Shown here: positions 1 to 9,061 of the stretch, piece after piece
Position numbering within the stretch: position 1 is the stretch's first letter
How the letters are laid out: the number at the start of each line of letters is the position of its first letter
Sequence record: NC_042013.1
Direction: 5' to 3' (one strand)
Length of the DNA stretch: 64,000 bases
The notes under the pieces: model-generated
Seen by the model: the letters and a program-made list of their open reading frames with translations, nothing else
Databases searched by the model: none
What the model was told of the DNA's origin: nothing
Made by a program: the position numbers and the translations under genes

Positions 1-1
1 T

Positions 2-241
2 GAATCCGGTCAACCAGAAGGTATGGGAATCATTTTCTATAACGACGAGCCGGTGGCAAGTTTCGAGGTTGAGGTATATAGCGATCTTACTATTACCGGA
101 TGGTTTGATAAAAAATACCACCAACTTTTTTATGTTTCAGTTCGTGATTCGATGATGCCTGTCTATCAAGAACCGAACGTGATTAGTATCAATGAAACAG
201 TTGCCATAGATGATTCAACGTCTACTATGAAAGGTAGTTGA
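2..241 (+). CDS. hypothetical protein, 5'-truncated by window edge
   Basis: Frame is open from base 2 through the track ORF 23..241. Confidence 0.5.
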   Translation, partial: ESGQPEGMGIIFYNDEPVASFEVEVYSDLTITGWFDKKYHQLFYVSVRDSMMPVYQEPNVISINETVAIDDSTSTMKGS

Positions 242-739
242 CGTTTTATTGACATCAAAAAGATACCACGCACAGTTGTCTTTTCCAGACATGTTCGTGG
301 TTTCGTCCCATTTCATTCGGCCAATTGCAACTATCTCTTTGAGATATTTGTCGATAATTGGTGCTGACGATACATTGAACAACCAATCGCTATCAAATAA
401 AAACCACGTTGGTACAAATTCGGCATAATGTGAAATCAATGGATGAAGTAATTTTCTATCCCAAGGCGGATTTGAAATGCAATAGTCTACGCCTATAAAA
501 TCATCAGCGGTATAATCAAACGCGTCACGTTGAATGATATCCTCCCGTTGTGGTTCAATATCTGTCATACCAACGCATTTCAAAAACGTCAATTGATCAA
601 CTAAGTCCCCACGACCAGCAAACGGTTCAATGTATGTTGAACGTTCTTTAATATGCGGTTCTAAGGCTTTACCTGCACGCAAATCAAAGGTGCGGTAATA
701 ATCTCGTGGCTTACGCTCAAAATCTGATCTTTTTCCCAT
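215..739 (-). CDS. DNA amino (N6-adenine/N4-cytosine) methyltransferase
   Basis: SAM-binding motif I EPFAGRGDL, catalytic motif IV SNPPW; start set at MGKRSDF. Confidence 0.85.
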   Translation of the reverse strand: MGKRSDFERKPRDYYRTFDLRAGKALEPHIKERSTYIEPFAGRGDLVDQLTFLKCVGMTDIEPQREDIIQRDAFDYTADDFIGVDYCISNPPWDRKLLHPLISHYAEFVPTWFLFDSDWLFNVSSAPIIDKYLKEIVAIGRMKWDETTNMSGKDNCAWYLFDVNKTSTTFHSRR

Positions 740-790
740 AATGTTTTTCTCTATTGACTTTATGTTACTATAATATATGATATAAATTGG

Positions 791-1258
791 ATGCAATATA
801 AAAGGACGCCGTTCGTGATTTATGATCTAACAGACGATATTAAGACTATGCTTATTTTAAATAATATAAACTCAGAAAAGATGATTACTGAGTACGCGGA
901 AAATTATGAAAAAAAGGTATCCAACATAAATCATGGAGTAATTTTCTTTCAAGACAAACTATTTCCTAATAAAGTACATTCTGCCTTTTCTATGAACAAT
1001 TCGTATGATGGATTCACAAAGTACCCTATTACATTTGAATGGGAAATGGGAGACATGGTGGTTAGTTTAGTAACTACCTCAATAAGCACCACCCCGTTTG
1101 TTGGAGAAAGTCTTCAGTCAAATATGGACACTAAAAAACATCGTTATATGGTGGATATTAGCCTCGACGGTGACGTGAATTTAACATTTCGATTTCCATC
1201 ACCAGATGAAAGAAACGTGTTTCTTGATTTCATTAATAGTAACACTGTAGAATTTTAA
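791..1258 (+). CDS. hypothetical protein, paralogue family A
   Basis: N-term LTDDIKTML and C-term DISLDGDVNLTFRFPS resemble the next two ORFs. Confidence 0.65.
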   Translation: MQYKRTPFVIYDLTDDIKTMLILNNINSEKMITEYAENYEKKVSNINHGVIFFQDKLFPNKVHSAFSMNNSYDGFTKYPITFEWEMGDMVVSLVTTSISTTPFVGESLQSNMDTKKHRYMVDISLDGDVNLTFRFPSPDERNVFLDFINSNTVEF

Positions 1259-1268
1259 AGAGATATCG

Positions 1269-1751
1269 ATGTTATATAGCTTAAAAGACGATTCGAACAA
1301 ATTAATGTTTATGTTCCAACCTTGGTGGAAATATATGGAGGAAATTTCATATGTGCACGGGGAATCGTACAAAGATATAGATTACGAATATTTTTTACTA
1401 TTTGTGGAAAAAGAAAATTTCAAAAAAGACGTATTTTTTGAAACATTTCTCCCATATATTAAAAATATTAGTTATATGCTTAGTAGTAATAAAACGGCTA
1501 ATAAGAAAACGATAAAGTCAGTTTTGCAAGAAATGGACACCATAGAAACAGCAGATTACAATATCCTACCAGTCGTAATATCATATAATGAGACCTTATA
1601 CGAAAACGAGGAGTCGTATACTGGCCGGGGGGATTTTTGTATCGATATTCTTTCGACAGAAGGGGCCGAGGAGTTCGCCTTTAGATTTGAAACCGAACAA
1701 AGTCGTCAACAGTTGATTGATGAATTGTCAAAAATTGGAATGGAGTTTTGA
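1269..1751 (+). CDS. hypothetical protein, paralogue family A
   Basis: LKDDSNKL...IDILSTEG..FAFRFETE. Confidence 0.65.
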   Translation: MLYSLKDDSNKLMFMFQPWWKYMEEISYVHGESYKDIDYEYFLLFVEKENFKKDVFFETFLPYIKNISYMLSSNKTANKKTIKSVLQEMDTIETADYNILPVVISYNETLYENEESYTGRGDFCIDILSTEGAEEFAFRFETEQSRQQLIDELSKIGMEF

Positions 1752-1752
1752 T

Positions 1753-2253
1753 ATGCTGTTTCGCATGAAACGAGACGAAGATTATTTGCAAATGATCATG
1801 ACGTCTTACTTCTCTCAATACAACAGTACGTTACAATACTATTATGCATTGTATGATATTCATGATATTAGAAAACATCTTAATATTTTGAGGTTCCCTA
1901 TTTCTAATAAAAATTTTAATAAAATAGGGGAATGTCTGTTTCCATATCAAAAAAATCTCACTTTTTGGCAAGATGCAATCGATCCCCAACATTCGGAAGT
2001 GTCTTTTATTAAATTAATGTCCAAACTAGAACCTTTTTATATAGATGAAGATTTTGGACTAATTGCGTTTATTAGTAACGTGAACTCAGAAATATTCTCA
2101 TCCGAGGATACTACCTATGCAGGTGGAAGCCATACTATCGATATTATTAGTTTGGATAGTAGAGGGGACACTTATGAACATGCCACTTTTCGTTTTGAAA
2201 CTGATGAGGAGGCTGAGAAGTTATATGAAAATCTTGAGAAAACGTTTAGCTAA
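1753..2253 (+). CDS. hypothetical protein, paralogue family A
   Basis: IDIISLDSRG...ATFRFETDE; start set at MLFRMK, just after the upstream stop. Confidence 0.65.
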   Translation: MLFRMKRDEDYLQMIMTSYFSQYNSTLQYYYALYDIHDIRKHLNILRFPISNKNFNKIGECLFPYQKNLTFWQDAIDPQHSEVSFIKLMSKLEPFYIDEDFGLIAFISNVNSEIFSSEDTTYAGGSHTIDIISLDSRGDTYEHATFRFETDEEAEKLYENLEKTFS

Positions 2254-2264
2254 AAAGGTACAAT

Positions 2265-3005
2265 ATGTATAAGGTTTTTACTGAGAAAAATGGGGTAGGC
2301 ACTTTGTTGTTTGATTTTTCCTTTGTAAAGGATGATAATAAAACACGGGCGTTAATATTGAAAAATAGAGCTAATGATTATCTTATAGGGAAAACGTCTA
2401 TTTTAGATATCAGTGATATAGGTCATCACACTTTCACTGTTACAATTCCAGCAGGAACAAAAGTATATTTTGAGGTTCAGGATTTCGATTGTTATTTATA
2501 TCCGTTGGATCAACCAGATGTTTCTTTTGAACGTGTGCATGTTGATTTATACGATTATAATAAAAATTTCGCGATTGACTCTCATAGAGGGATGGTACTT
2601 GGTTCAGAAACAAAAATTAAAATAGTCAACGATGTTAATATAAAATCACCTTGTTATACCAGCAGCGAGGAAAACGACGCTATATTTGAGGAATTCGCGG
2701 AGATCGCAAAAATAGAGCTTGAGAAGGGTCTCGACAATTTGCGCAAATCATCCTTTAAAGAATTAAATCGCGTGTTGTCAGGAATTAAAGGCGGGATGTA
2801 TTCTTTTGATGATGTTAAACATATTGGGTTTGATATGTTAACGCTTGATAAAAAAGAAATAGAATTGAGTAGGTTGTTTGGATCATCCGCTAATGGAGAA
2901 ATTTTTACATATTGGAGTGAGTTGTTTTTTGATAGCAATAATGACAGTATTGTGTTAGATATCCCTAATGACGAGGTAAGGTTTGAATTGGTGGATCATG
3001 TATAA
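2265..3005 (+). CDS. hypothetical protein (tandem paralogue of 2998..3669)
   Basis: Shares MYK...GVGT and IP(A/K)GTKVYFE with the next ORF; SD AAGG. Confidence 0.7.
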   Translation: MYKVFTEKNGVGTLLFDFSFVKDDNKTRALILKNRANDYLIGKTSILDISDIGHHTFTVTIPAGTKVYFEVQDFDCYLYPLDQPDVSFERVHVDLYDYNKNFAIDSHRGMVLGSETKIKIVNDVNIKSPCYTSSEENDAIFEEFAEIAKIELEKGLDNLRKSSFKELNRVLSGIKGGMYSFDDVKHIGFDMLTLDKKEIELSRLFGSSANGEIFTYWSELFFDSNNDSIVLDIPNDEVRFELVDHV

Positions 3006-3669
3006 ATTAGATTTTTCTGAAGAAGGTGTTGGAACCACCTTAAATGATATGATTGTAAAACCATCCGTTAGAAAATGGCATACAACGTCACGCGTCGTTA
3101 TACCCAAAGGAACCAAAGTTTATTTTGAACGCCATAATGGAAGTTCAAACCGTCAATTTGTTAGTAAAATCATTCCGTTAGATTCAGAACTTAAAACAAC
3201 AGAATATACGCTTGGTATGGTTTCTACTGGAGGGATTCGTACGGCATCTGGTGTGGTTCTGGTTGGATTGACGAGGTATAAAATTGTAAATGAGGTATAT
3301 GGAATGTCTAACGATGTTCCTTATACGGATACCCCTGAAAATAACAAAATTTTAAAAGATTTTGAGGATAGATCAAAAGCCAGTATTGAAAAATGGCAAC
3401 AATATATGACAAAAATGTATTTTGAAGAAATAGAAGAAGATATTTCCAAAATACGTAGTGGGACGGTTGGTAAAGATTTGTATGAATATCCCCTTCCGCC
3501 ATGTCCACCCATGAAAGAGAATTTAAGATTTAAAGCGGATTTGCGAGATTATGAATTTATATGGGATTTTAATCTGGATGGAATGTTTAAGACAATATCA
3601 GAAAACTATATAAAAGTAGAGGGTGAACCTGACATATATGTGGAGATTGTAGATGATACCTTTGTCTGA
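2998..3669 (+). CDS. hypothetical protein (tandem paralogue of 2265..3005)
   Basis: MYKLDFSEEGVGT...IPKGTKVYFE. Confidence 0.7.
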   Translation: MYKLDFSEEGVGTTLNDMIVKPSVRKWHTTSRVVIPKGTKVYFERHNGSSNRQFVSKIIPLDSELKTTEYTLGMVSTGGIRTASGVVLVGLTRYKIVNEVYGMSNDVPYTDTPENNKILKDFEDRSKASIEKWQQYMTKMYFEEIEEDISKIRSGTVGKDLYEYPLPPCPPMKENLRFKADLRDYEFIWDFNLDGMFKTISENYIKVEGEPDIYVEIVDDTFV

Positions 3670-4075
3670 TGATAATAAACTAATTTACCTGCTTGGTTCT
3701 AAAGATTTCGATGATACATATAATTTTCATATGAAAAATAATATGGACGGATGCTTTAATGTATCAGAATATGTTTTTCATACTGACTATGACGATTTTA
3801 ATTTCGGATATCTGGAATCTGTTTTTAGTTATCATATGCATAATAATTGTCCAGTTTCACCGTTCATTGTTAACGATGAAAAATTTGTATTATTATTAAC
3901 ATTTGATGTTAAATTTAATACAGCAATGCCGGTTAAACACGGTTATGAGGTTGTTGGGTCTGATGAACGTAGAATGTTTATAATTTTTGACACAAAAGAA
4001 GAATATGAATACCAACTAGAAATTATTAAAAGCTACCTTAAAAAACCATTTGACATTGAAGACGAGGTTGTATAA
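3653..4075 (+). CDS. hypothetical protein, family A-like
   Basis: N-term LSDDNKLIYL, C-term FIIFDTKEE. Confidence 0.6.
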   Translation: MIPLSDDNKLIYLLGSKDFDDTYNFHMKNNMDGCFNVSEYVFHTDYDDFNFGYLESVFSYHMHNNCPVSPFIVNDEKFVLLLTFDVKFNTAMPVKHGYEVVGSDERRMFIIFDTKEEYEYQLEIIKSYLKKPFDIEDEVV

Positions 4076-4078
4076 TAT
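4050..4078 (+). promoter_or_regulatory. sigma70-type promoter for the lipoprotein and tRNA(UCA)
   Basis: TTGACA-17 nt-TAATAT. Confidence 0.6.
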
Positions 4079-4106
4079 GTATTCATAACAAGAGGAAAGG
4101 AAAATT

Positions 4107-4325
4107 ATGAAGAACGTAATTCTTGCAATTATCGGAACGGTTGTTCTTTCTTCTTGTACTGTTTATGTAGACGGCGTTGAACCAGTATATGATCACCGTG
4201 TTTACGTAAACCGCTATGAATACCGTCCTTATGTTAATCGTGAGTATGGTCCGCGTTATGGTTCTTATGGTAATCCGTATCAGCGTCGTTATTTTGAACG
4301 TTGCGGATACCATTGCGTTCGATAA
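4107..4325 (+). CDS. small Tyr/Arg-rich lipoprotein
   Basis: Signal peptide with lipobox LSSC; SD AAGGA. Confidence 0.7.
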   Translation: MKNVILAIIGTVVLSSCTVYVDGVEPVYDHRVYVNRYEYRPYVNREYGPRYGSYGNPYQRRYFERCGYHCVR

Positions 4326-4332
4326 CAAATAT

Positions 4333-4407
4333 GGGAGTGTGGCTGACTGGTAAAGCAGATGCCTTCAAAACATTGAGATGCGGGTTCGATTCCTGTCACT
4401 CCCACCA
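4333..4407 (+). tRNA. tRNA with UCA anticodon (opal-suppressor / Trp-like, atypical)
   Basis: Acceptor GGGAGTG/CACTCCC, D arm, loop CT-TCA-AA (TCA 4365-4367), T loop TTCGATT, encoded CCA; C31xA39 mismatch. Confidence 0.85.
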
Positions 4408-4426
4408 TTTATTCAGGTAAATCAAA

Positions 4427-4966
4427 ATGGAAATGTATCATTTAAAACATCAATCTAAAGGATTTGTGAAACAAAACGGAACCTTTGGTAGTGATGATCG
4501 CCTTTATAAAACCCCGAAAAAAGTTTCGTGGGCGGCGAAGATACATTATGCCAATACTTTCAAATATGCAACTTGTCGTGTTCGCTTTCGTGATCTTATC
4601 GACACTGTCTTGGTTGACGCGAATTCCAACGTGATTAGCCAACAAAAGCCGTCCGTTGAAATTCTTCGACAAATAGCATTTACATATGGATATTTTAGTC
4701 CTAATCAAATATCTGCGTATGATGTTTATAACTATGCGAAAAATGTTTTAGGCGTTGTTGTAGACGAGTACCTGTATAGTAGAGAACCGTTGCATATAAA
4801 CGCAGACCCCGGTGACTATTATTCTCAAAACGGGTATCGATTTTTTAAAAATGACGAGGATGCCCTTATGACATCTCTCGCTAATCCTTCTGTTGAACTT
4901 TTTAAAATTTCAACAATAATAGATACAGTTGATAATTACATACTAAGGGAGCTTGAAGGTGTTTGA
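4427..4966 (+). CDS. hypothetical protein
   Basis: 179-aa ORF in operon; C-term FFKNDEDAL motif. Confidence 0.65.
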   Translation: MEMYHLKHQSKGFVKQNGTFGSDDRLYKTPKKVSWAAKIHYANTFKYATCRVRFRDLIDTVLVDANSNVISQQKPSVEILRQIAFTYGYFSPNQISAYDVYNYAKNVLGVVVDEYLYSREPLHINADPGDYYSQNGYRFFKNDEDALMTSLANPSVELFKISTIIDTVDNYILRELEGV

Positions 4967-5261
4967 TGTACTGGTGTCCGAGGGTGTGTTTCTTAAAAAC
5001 ACCTATTATAGAGTTTCATTTCTCTTAACAACTACGTATAACAAAATGGAAGAATTTAAAAAACTTCGTTCACGTTTCGAGGACGAAATGACCGACATGA
5101 TTGGCGAAAAAATAGCATTTACCGAAATAGATACGTATGACTTGAATACGTCACGATCAGCAACGTGGTTTAGGATTGGCGGTACTTATTATTTTACAAA
5201 TAAAGAATACGCGGTCCACGCCAATTTTATAGCAGGGATTATCAAAAATGAATTTAGCTGA
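4953..5261 (+). CDS. hypothetical protein
   Basis: ORF in tightly packed operon. Confidence 0.6.
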   Translation: MKVFDVLVSEGVFLKNTYYRVSFLLTTTYNKMEEFKKLRSRFEDEMTDMIGEKIAFTEIDTYDLNTSRSATWFRIGGTYYFTNKEYAVHANFIAGIIKNEFS

Positions 5262-5661
5262 TTTTTACATTGATGATTTTGTAGTATTTGACGCACCGAG
5301 TCTTACTAAAGAAACGGTTGTAGGATATATTGAGGAAAACATTTTATCAAAACTTTTTTCCGAGTGGGAACTGGTAGAATTGAATGAGATGTTTGAAGTT
5401 CAAGAAAGCGACCGTATAGTTGAGTGGCATAATGATTCCAAATGGGGAATGAATGTAACGTTCTTATATTATATGTCAGATATGTCTCCTGAAGTTGGTG
5501 GATCGATTAGTATCAGAAATGGTGTTGATGAAACAAAAATTTATCCAAAAAAAGGTACATTGATAATGATGAGCCAAAAGAAACATGTTGAACACAAGGC
5601 AGAATATGCTAAAGTGAAAAGACATATGTTCAATATTGATTTTGATGTGAAAGGTTATTAA
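5248..5661 (+). CDS. 2OG-Fe(II) oxygenase superfamily protein
   Basis: WHND (HxD), LYY...GG, YPKKGTLI, distal H and R of the jelly-roll. Confidence 0.8.
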   Translation: MNLADFYIDDFVVFDAPSLTKETVVGYIEENILSKLFSEWELVELNEMFEVQESDRIVEWHNDSKWGMNVTFLYYMSDMSPEVGGSISIRNGVDETKIYPKKGTLIMMSQKKHVEHKAEYAKVKRHMFNIDFDVKGY

Positions 5662-5662
5662 T

Positions 5663-5905
5663 ATGAAAACGGTTGGTACACCATCTAAAAGATTTAAAGG
5701 GTATCATTACTTCTTCGGTGTGAAAGACGATCTTCTTGACTGGTTCAAGGAATCCGATTTTAATATGGGCGAGGTTGATACGCTTGATAACTTCAAACCT
5801 AATGATGAGGACTTGGTTCTTGTTAAAGATGGTAACATGTATATTATTAAAGAAGAGCATGTACCTACCATTATTCTTAAATCGGTGGATGTTGTTGTAG
5901 AATGA
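5663..5905 (+). CDS. hypothetical protein
   Basis: Operon packing. Confidence 0.55.
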   Translation: MKTVGTPSKRFKGYHYFFGVKDDLLDWFKESDFNMGEVDTLDNFKPNDEDLVLVKDGNMYIIKEEHVPTIILKSVDVVVE

Positions 5906-6150
5906 CGGTAAAACTATCGGATAATATGTTTGCAAAAAATTTTCCATATCTTGTGGAAACTACTAAAGATGTATCGGAAAGTATTTTGGAATCAATCGAT
6001 TCTGGAATAGAACTTAATGAATTCTGGCGTATTAATGCAAACGCAGACGATTATATGTGGATGTATTATTATAACACGTTATCCGGTGAATACATCTATA
6101 TGTTTAAATCTAAGGATGATGCTCTTATTGCGTCAATGTATGCGTCTTGA
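5902..6150 (+). CDS. hypothetical protein
   Basis: ATGA overlap; C-term MFKSKDDAL motif. Confidence 0.6.
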   Translation: MTVKLSDNMFAKNFPYLVETTKDVSESILESIDSGIELNEFWRINANADDYMWMYYYNTLSGEYIYMFKSKDDALIASMYAS

Positions 6151-6359
6151 ATTTTAATAAAGATGATTTCACGATAGATTTGTCTTTTGAAACTGCTGAC
6201 AAAATAATTGACGTTGGGATGTACTTAACAATGACGGTTGATTATACGATTAGTTGGTCTGTTCATTCTAAAAAGATATATTGTTACAGTGAGGACGCTC
6301 TATTAGAATGTGTGTTGAAATTGTCAGGAGGCATTGACAATATTCCAGAAATAGGTTAA
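6147..6359 (+). CDS. hypothetical protein
   Basis: Overlapping start/stop. Confidence 0.5.
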   Translation: MNFNKDDFTIDLSFETADKIIDVGMYLTMTVDYTISWSVHSKKIYCYSEDALLECVLKLSGGIDNIPEIG

Positions 6360-6362
6360 ACA
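6334..6362 (+). promoter_or_regulatory. sigma70-type promoter
   Basis: TTGACA-17 nt-TAAACA; spacer resembles that of the 11163 promoter. Confidence 0.45.
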
Positions 6363-6395
6363 TAAATCATCGAAACGCATTTATAGGAGATAAAA

Positions 6396-6602
6396 ATGAT
6401 CGTAGCTTCTTCTCATTTCACCCGTAACGGCAACACCTTTGAAGCCTACCTCGGTGATCTTCCGTTTACCACACGTGAGGAATCCGAATATGTTTTTGTA
6501 GAAGTTGAAAAGCATCGCATTCCGTTTAAGCGAGTTTATGGTGACACTTTCGTGTCAATTGACGCACGTTTTGAGGATGTAAAACTTCGGATTATCTCCT
6601 AA
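6396..6602 (+). CDS. hypothetical protein
   Basis: SD AGGAG, own promoter. Confidence 0.65.
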   Translation: MIVASSHFTRNGNTFEAYLGDLPFTTREESEYVFVEVEKHRIPFKRVYGDTFVSIDARFEDVKLRIIS

Positions 6603-6925
6603 TGATATCTGATCAGGATAATACTTTCCTGATTTTGTCAGGAAAGTATTATATTTTTGATATTGGGGTAAAGGCGGTTGGACATTGGAAGCTTCGAGGT
6701 ATATATTATGTTGATAAATCCAGTACTACTGGAAAATATATCTTAGAATTGTTCGAAGATGACGTTACTTATTCCATCGATGATTCTAACAACATAATTG
6801 TATCAATATATCAGCTTGGTGAACTTAATTATTTGTGTGCCTTTGACATGGACGATTATCGTCAGGATGATTTGCAAGTATCTATAAGTAAAATATGGGA
6901 AACCGTGTTTAATGATATCAGATGA
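6602..6925 (+). CDS. hypothetical protein, family A-like
   Basis: MISDQDNTFLIL, shared with the next ORF. Confidence 0.6.
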   Translation: MISDQDNTFLILSGKYYIFDIGVKAVGHWKLRGIYYVDKSSTTGKYILELFEDDVTYSIDDSNNIIVSIYQLGELNYLCAFDMDDYRQDDLQVSISKIWETVFNDIR

Positions 6926-7292
6926 CGATAAACTATATCTCATATTGAAAGACGATCTACAGCACGTTGAACAATTTTGCAACGAGTATTTTGATTATGC
7001 TGGATTGTTTTATGTTGATCGCAAAGACGAGATATACACATCAATTGTTGATAGAACGGGTACGGATAATTTAGTTACCTCAGCCGATGGGGAACCTGTT
7101 TGCGGGGTATATATTAGAAAGTATGACAAATCATTCTTTATAAAAATGTCTCGCGTGGAAGATGAGATGCATATGATAAATTCTCTTTTTTATTATATCC
7201 GTTTAAACGATGACGTTGACCTTAGCGATAAAACGCATATTAATATTGATATGCTTGGTTCATTTGACGCTAGTTCGGGGGATTTATTTTGA
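6912..7292 (+). CDS. hypothetical protein, family A-like
   Basis: MISDDDKLYLIL. Confidence 0.6.
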   Translation: MISDDDKLYLILKDDLQHVEQFCNEYFDYAGLFYVDRKDEIYTSIVDRTGTDNLVTSADGEPVCGVYIRKYDKSFFIKMSRVEDEMHMINSLFYYIRLNDDVDLSDKTHINIDMLGSFDASSGDLF

Positions 7293-7498
7293 ACAACATA
7301 ATGATTATGGAACGAGTACGTTATAATTCATTAATGGGTAGCAACCGTTACTTATCATCAATGATGATGCTTGATCTATTTCTGATAAAAGAGGAAGATG
7401 GCACGTATACCGTTATGAAATCACGATATAGTGACTTATGGCCGAACGACCGTGTAGATCGTATTAAAGTTATGGAATTCTTGTTTCTAAATCAGTAA
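7289..7498 (+). CDS. hypothetical protein
   Basis: Overlapping start/stop. Confidence 0.5.
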   Translation: MNNIMIMERVRYNSLMGSNRYLSSMMMLDLFLIKEEDGTYTVMKSRYSDLWPNDRVDRIKVMEFLFLNQ

Positions 7499-7767
7499 CG
7501 ATTAGAATCTTTTTCGCATTTGTGCCATTTCATTTCATACATTTCTTGATCAATCTTTCCATAGCAAATACCTTCTTGATCAAGACGCTTGGCAACAACA
7601 TCTCGAGACTCACACGCAAGTTCAACAACTGGATTGTCATCGCCAACAGTTCCGCGACAAATAGAGTTATACGCCGCATATTGACCAAGGAAATTTTCTA
7701 CTTTTGCAGAAAATGCGTAAGCAGGAGTAGAAATAAGAACTATTGAAATAGCTATGATAGATTTCAT
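7492..7767 (-). CDS. secreted Cys-containing protein
   Basis: Signal peptide ending AYA, 4 Cys, SD AAGGAGG. Confidence 0.7.
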   Translation of the reverse strand: MKSIIAISIVLISTPAYAFSAKVENFLGQYAAYNSICRGTVGDDNPVVELACESRDVVAKRLDQEGICYGKIDQEMYEMKWHKCEKDSNRY

Positions 7768-7821
7768 TATAACCTCCTTGGTTAAATCATAAAATCCATC
7801 ATAGCTTATTTTTTTAAAAAG

Positions 7822-8724
7822 TCAAGAGAGTATTCCGCCAACTTTACTCATAACTTTGTTTGCACCATTGGTCATTAGACCGCCAATGATAGATTGCAAA
7901 CAAGGATCATTTGGTAAAAATGACATTAGTGCTGCAAGACCCATCTTTGCCATATTCAACATACCCATTACGAAATTCATAATTTCTTGTTGAATTTTAG
8001 CAAGAATCTGTTGTGCCATTTGCATAAGCTGTGCCATAGCTTGCTGAATCATTGCCATAGCTTGCTGAACCATTCCTTTAAGGTTGTTCAACGCACCCAT
8101 AAGCTGACCAAGAAGTTGCTGACCTGCCTGAAGTAATGACCCTAAGAAATCACCAAATGGAATACAAGGCGAGCCACCTCCAGCGCCGCCGAGACCGGTT
8201 CCTTGACCTAAGCCGTTAACAGCAGAATTATTACCGATGGAGTTTTGAATCATTCCAACCATAGAAGGGAAATTAGCAATAATTCTATCTGTGTGTTCAT
8301 GATATTGGTCTAAAATGTTTCCAACTGTTCCAATATCAGTGCTTAAGCCGGGATAGTTATTATTCCAATTTTCAAGATCAATGATTTGGCCCGGTGTTGG
8401 ATTTCTACCGTCGCCGGGTGTACCTTGGTTGATTATTTCTTGATATCTGTCATCAATTTCTTTAGCGACTTCCTCGAGTTCTGTTTTAATCGCATCAACC
8501 TCACACGCACGCGGGTTGTATAAAACTCCGGTGTACGGATTGTTAGTTGGCATGCTTGTAAACACATCTTGAAAATCTGTTATAACACCAGCATCAGGTT
8601 CATTGTCCATTAGCTTGTATAGGGATACTGTTGTATCATCTAAAGATGGGTTATAAACAGGGCTATCAAGAAGACTCGCTGTGTATACGCCATCAAGGGG
8701 ATTTACATCCACATTCTCTGCCAT
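7822..8724 (-). CDS. probable virion/baseplate-associated protein
   Basis: In late operon; Gly-rich linker and long Q/M/L amphipathic helical C-term. Confidence 0.5.
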   Translation of the reverse strand: MAENVDVNPLDGVYTASLLDSPVYNPSLDDTTVSLYKLMDNEPDAGVITDFQDVFTSMPTNNPYTGVLYNPRACEVDAIKTELEEVAKEIDDRYQEIINQGTPGDGRNPTPGQIIDLENWNNNYPGLSTDIGTVGNILDQYHEHTDRIIANFPSMVGMIQNSIGNNSAVNGLGQGTGLGGAGGGSPCIPFGDFLGSLLQAGQQLLGQLMGALNNLKGMVQQAMAMIQQAMAQLMQMAQQILAKIQQEIMNFVMGMLNMAKMGLAALMSFLPNDPCLQSIIGGLMTNGANKVMSKVGGILS

Positions 8725-9061
8725 CTATATGCTCCAGACCACAATCGCATCCAGATTCGTGATCGCAACAATCACAGTCGTGCGAGTGGATTTCTATGTT
8801 TTGTTCGATTGCACCATTGCTATTTAGATAAATGTTACCGTCTTCTTGACCGTTCCATTTACCACTTGTAATAGTAATATCTTTTAAAGATGAAAATGTC
8901 ACGTTGCCTTCAAAATGAATATCTATATCACTATGAACAGTGATTTTTCCATTTTCATCAACGCTTGTCCAAAATGGTAAGAAAGAATTCTTACCACTCT
9001 GAACTGAATTGGTAGACGGGGTTTTAAACCCGTCTATAATTTTTTTGATTGCTTTAATCAT
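8693..9061 (-). CDS. short spike-like beta-helix protein with His/Cys-rich tail
   Basis: Alternating beta repeats ending IYLN, then HSH and 7 Cys. Confidence 0.45.
   Translation of the reverse strand: MIKAIKKIIDGFKTPSTNSVQSGKNSFLPFWTSVDENGKITVHSDIDIHFEGNVTFSSLKDITITSGKWNGQEDGNIYLNSNGAIEQNIEIHSHDCDCCDHESGCDCGLEHIDGRECGCKSP

Noticed and set aside
4333-4407. tRNA-Sec interpretation of the UCA tRNA
   Set aside because: 7-bp acceptor, 5-nt variable loop and ordinary D arm; tRNA-Sec needs an extended acceptor and a long variable arm
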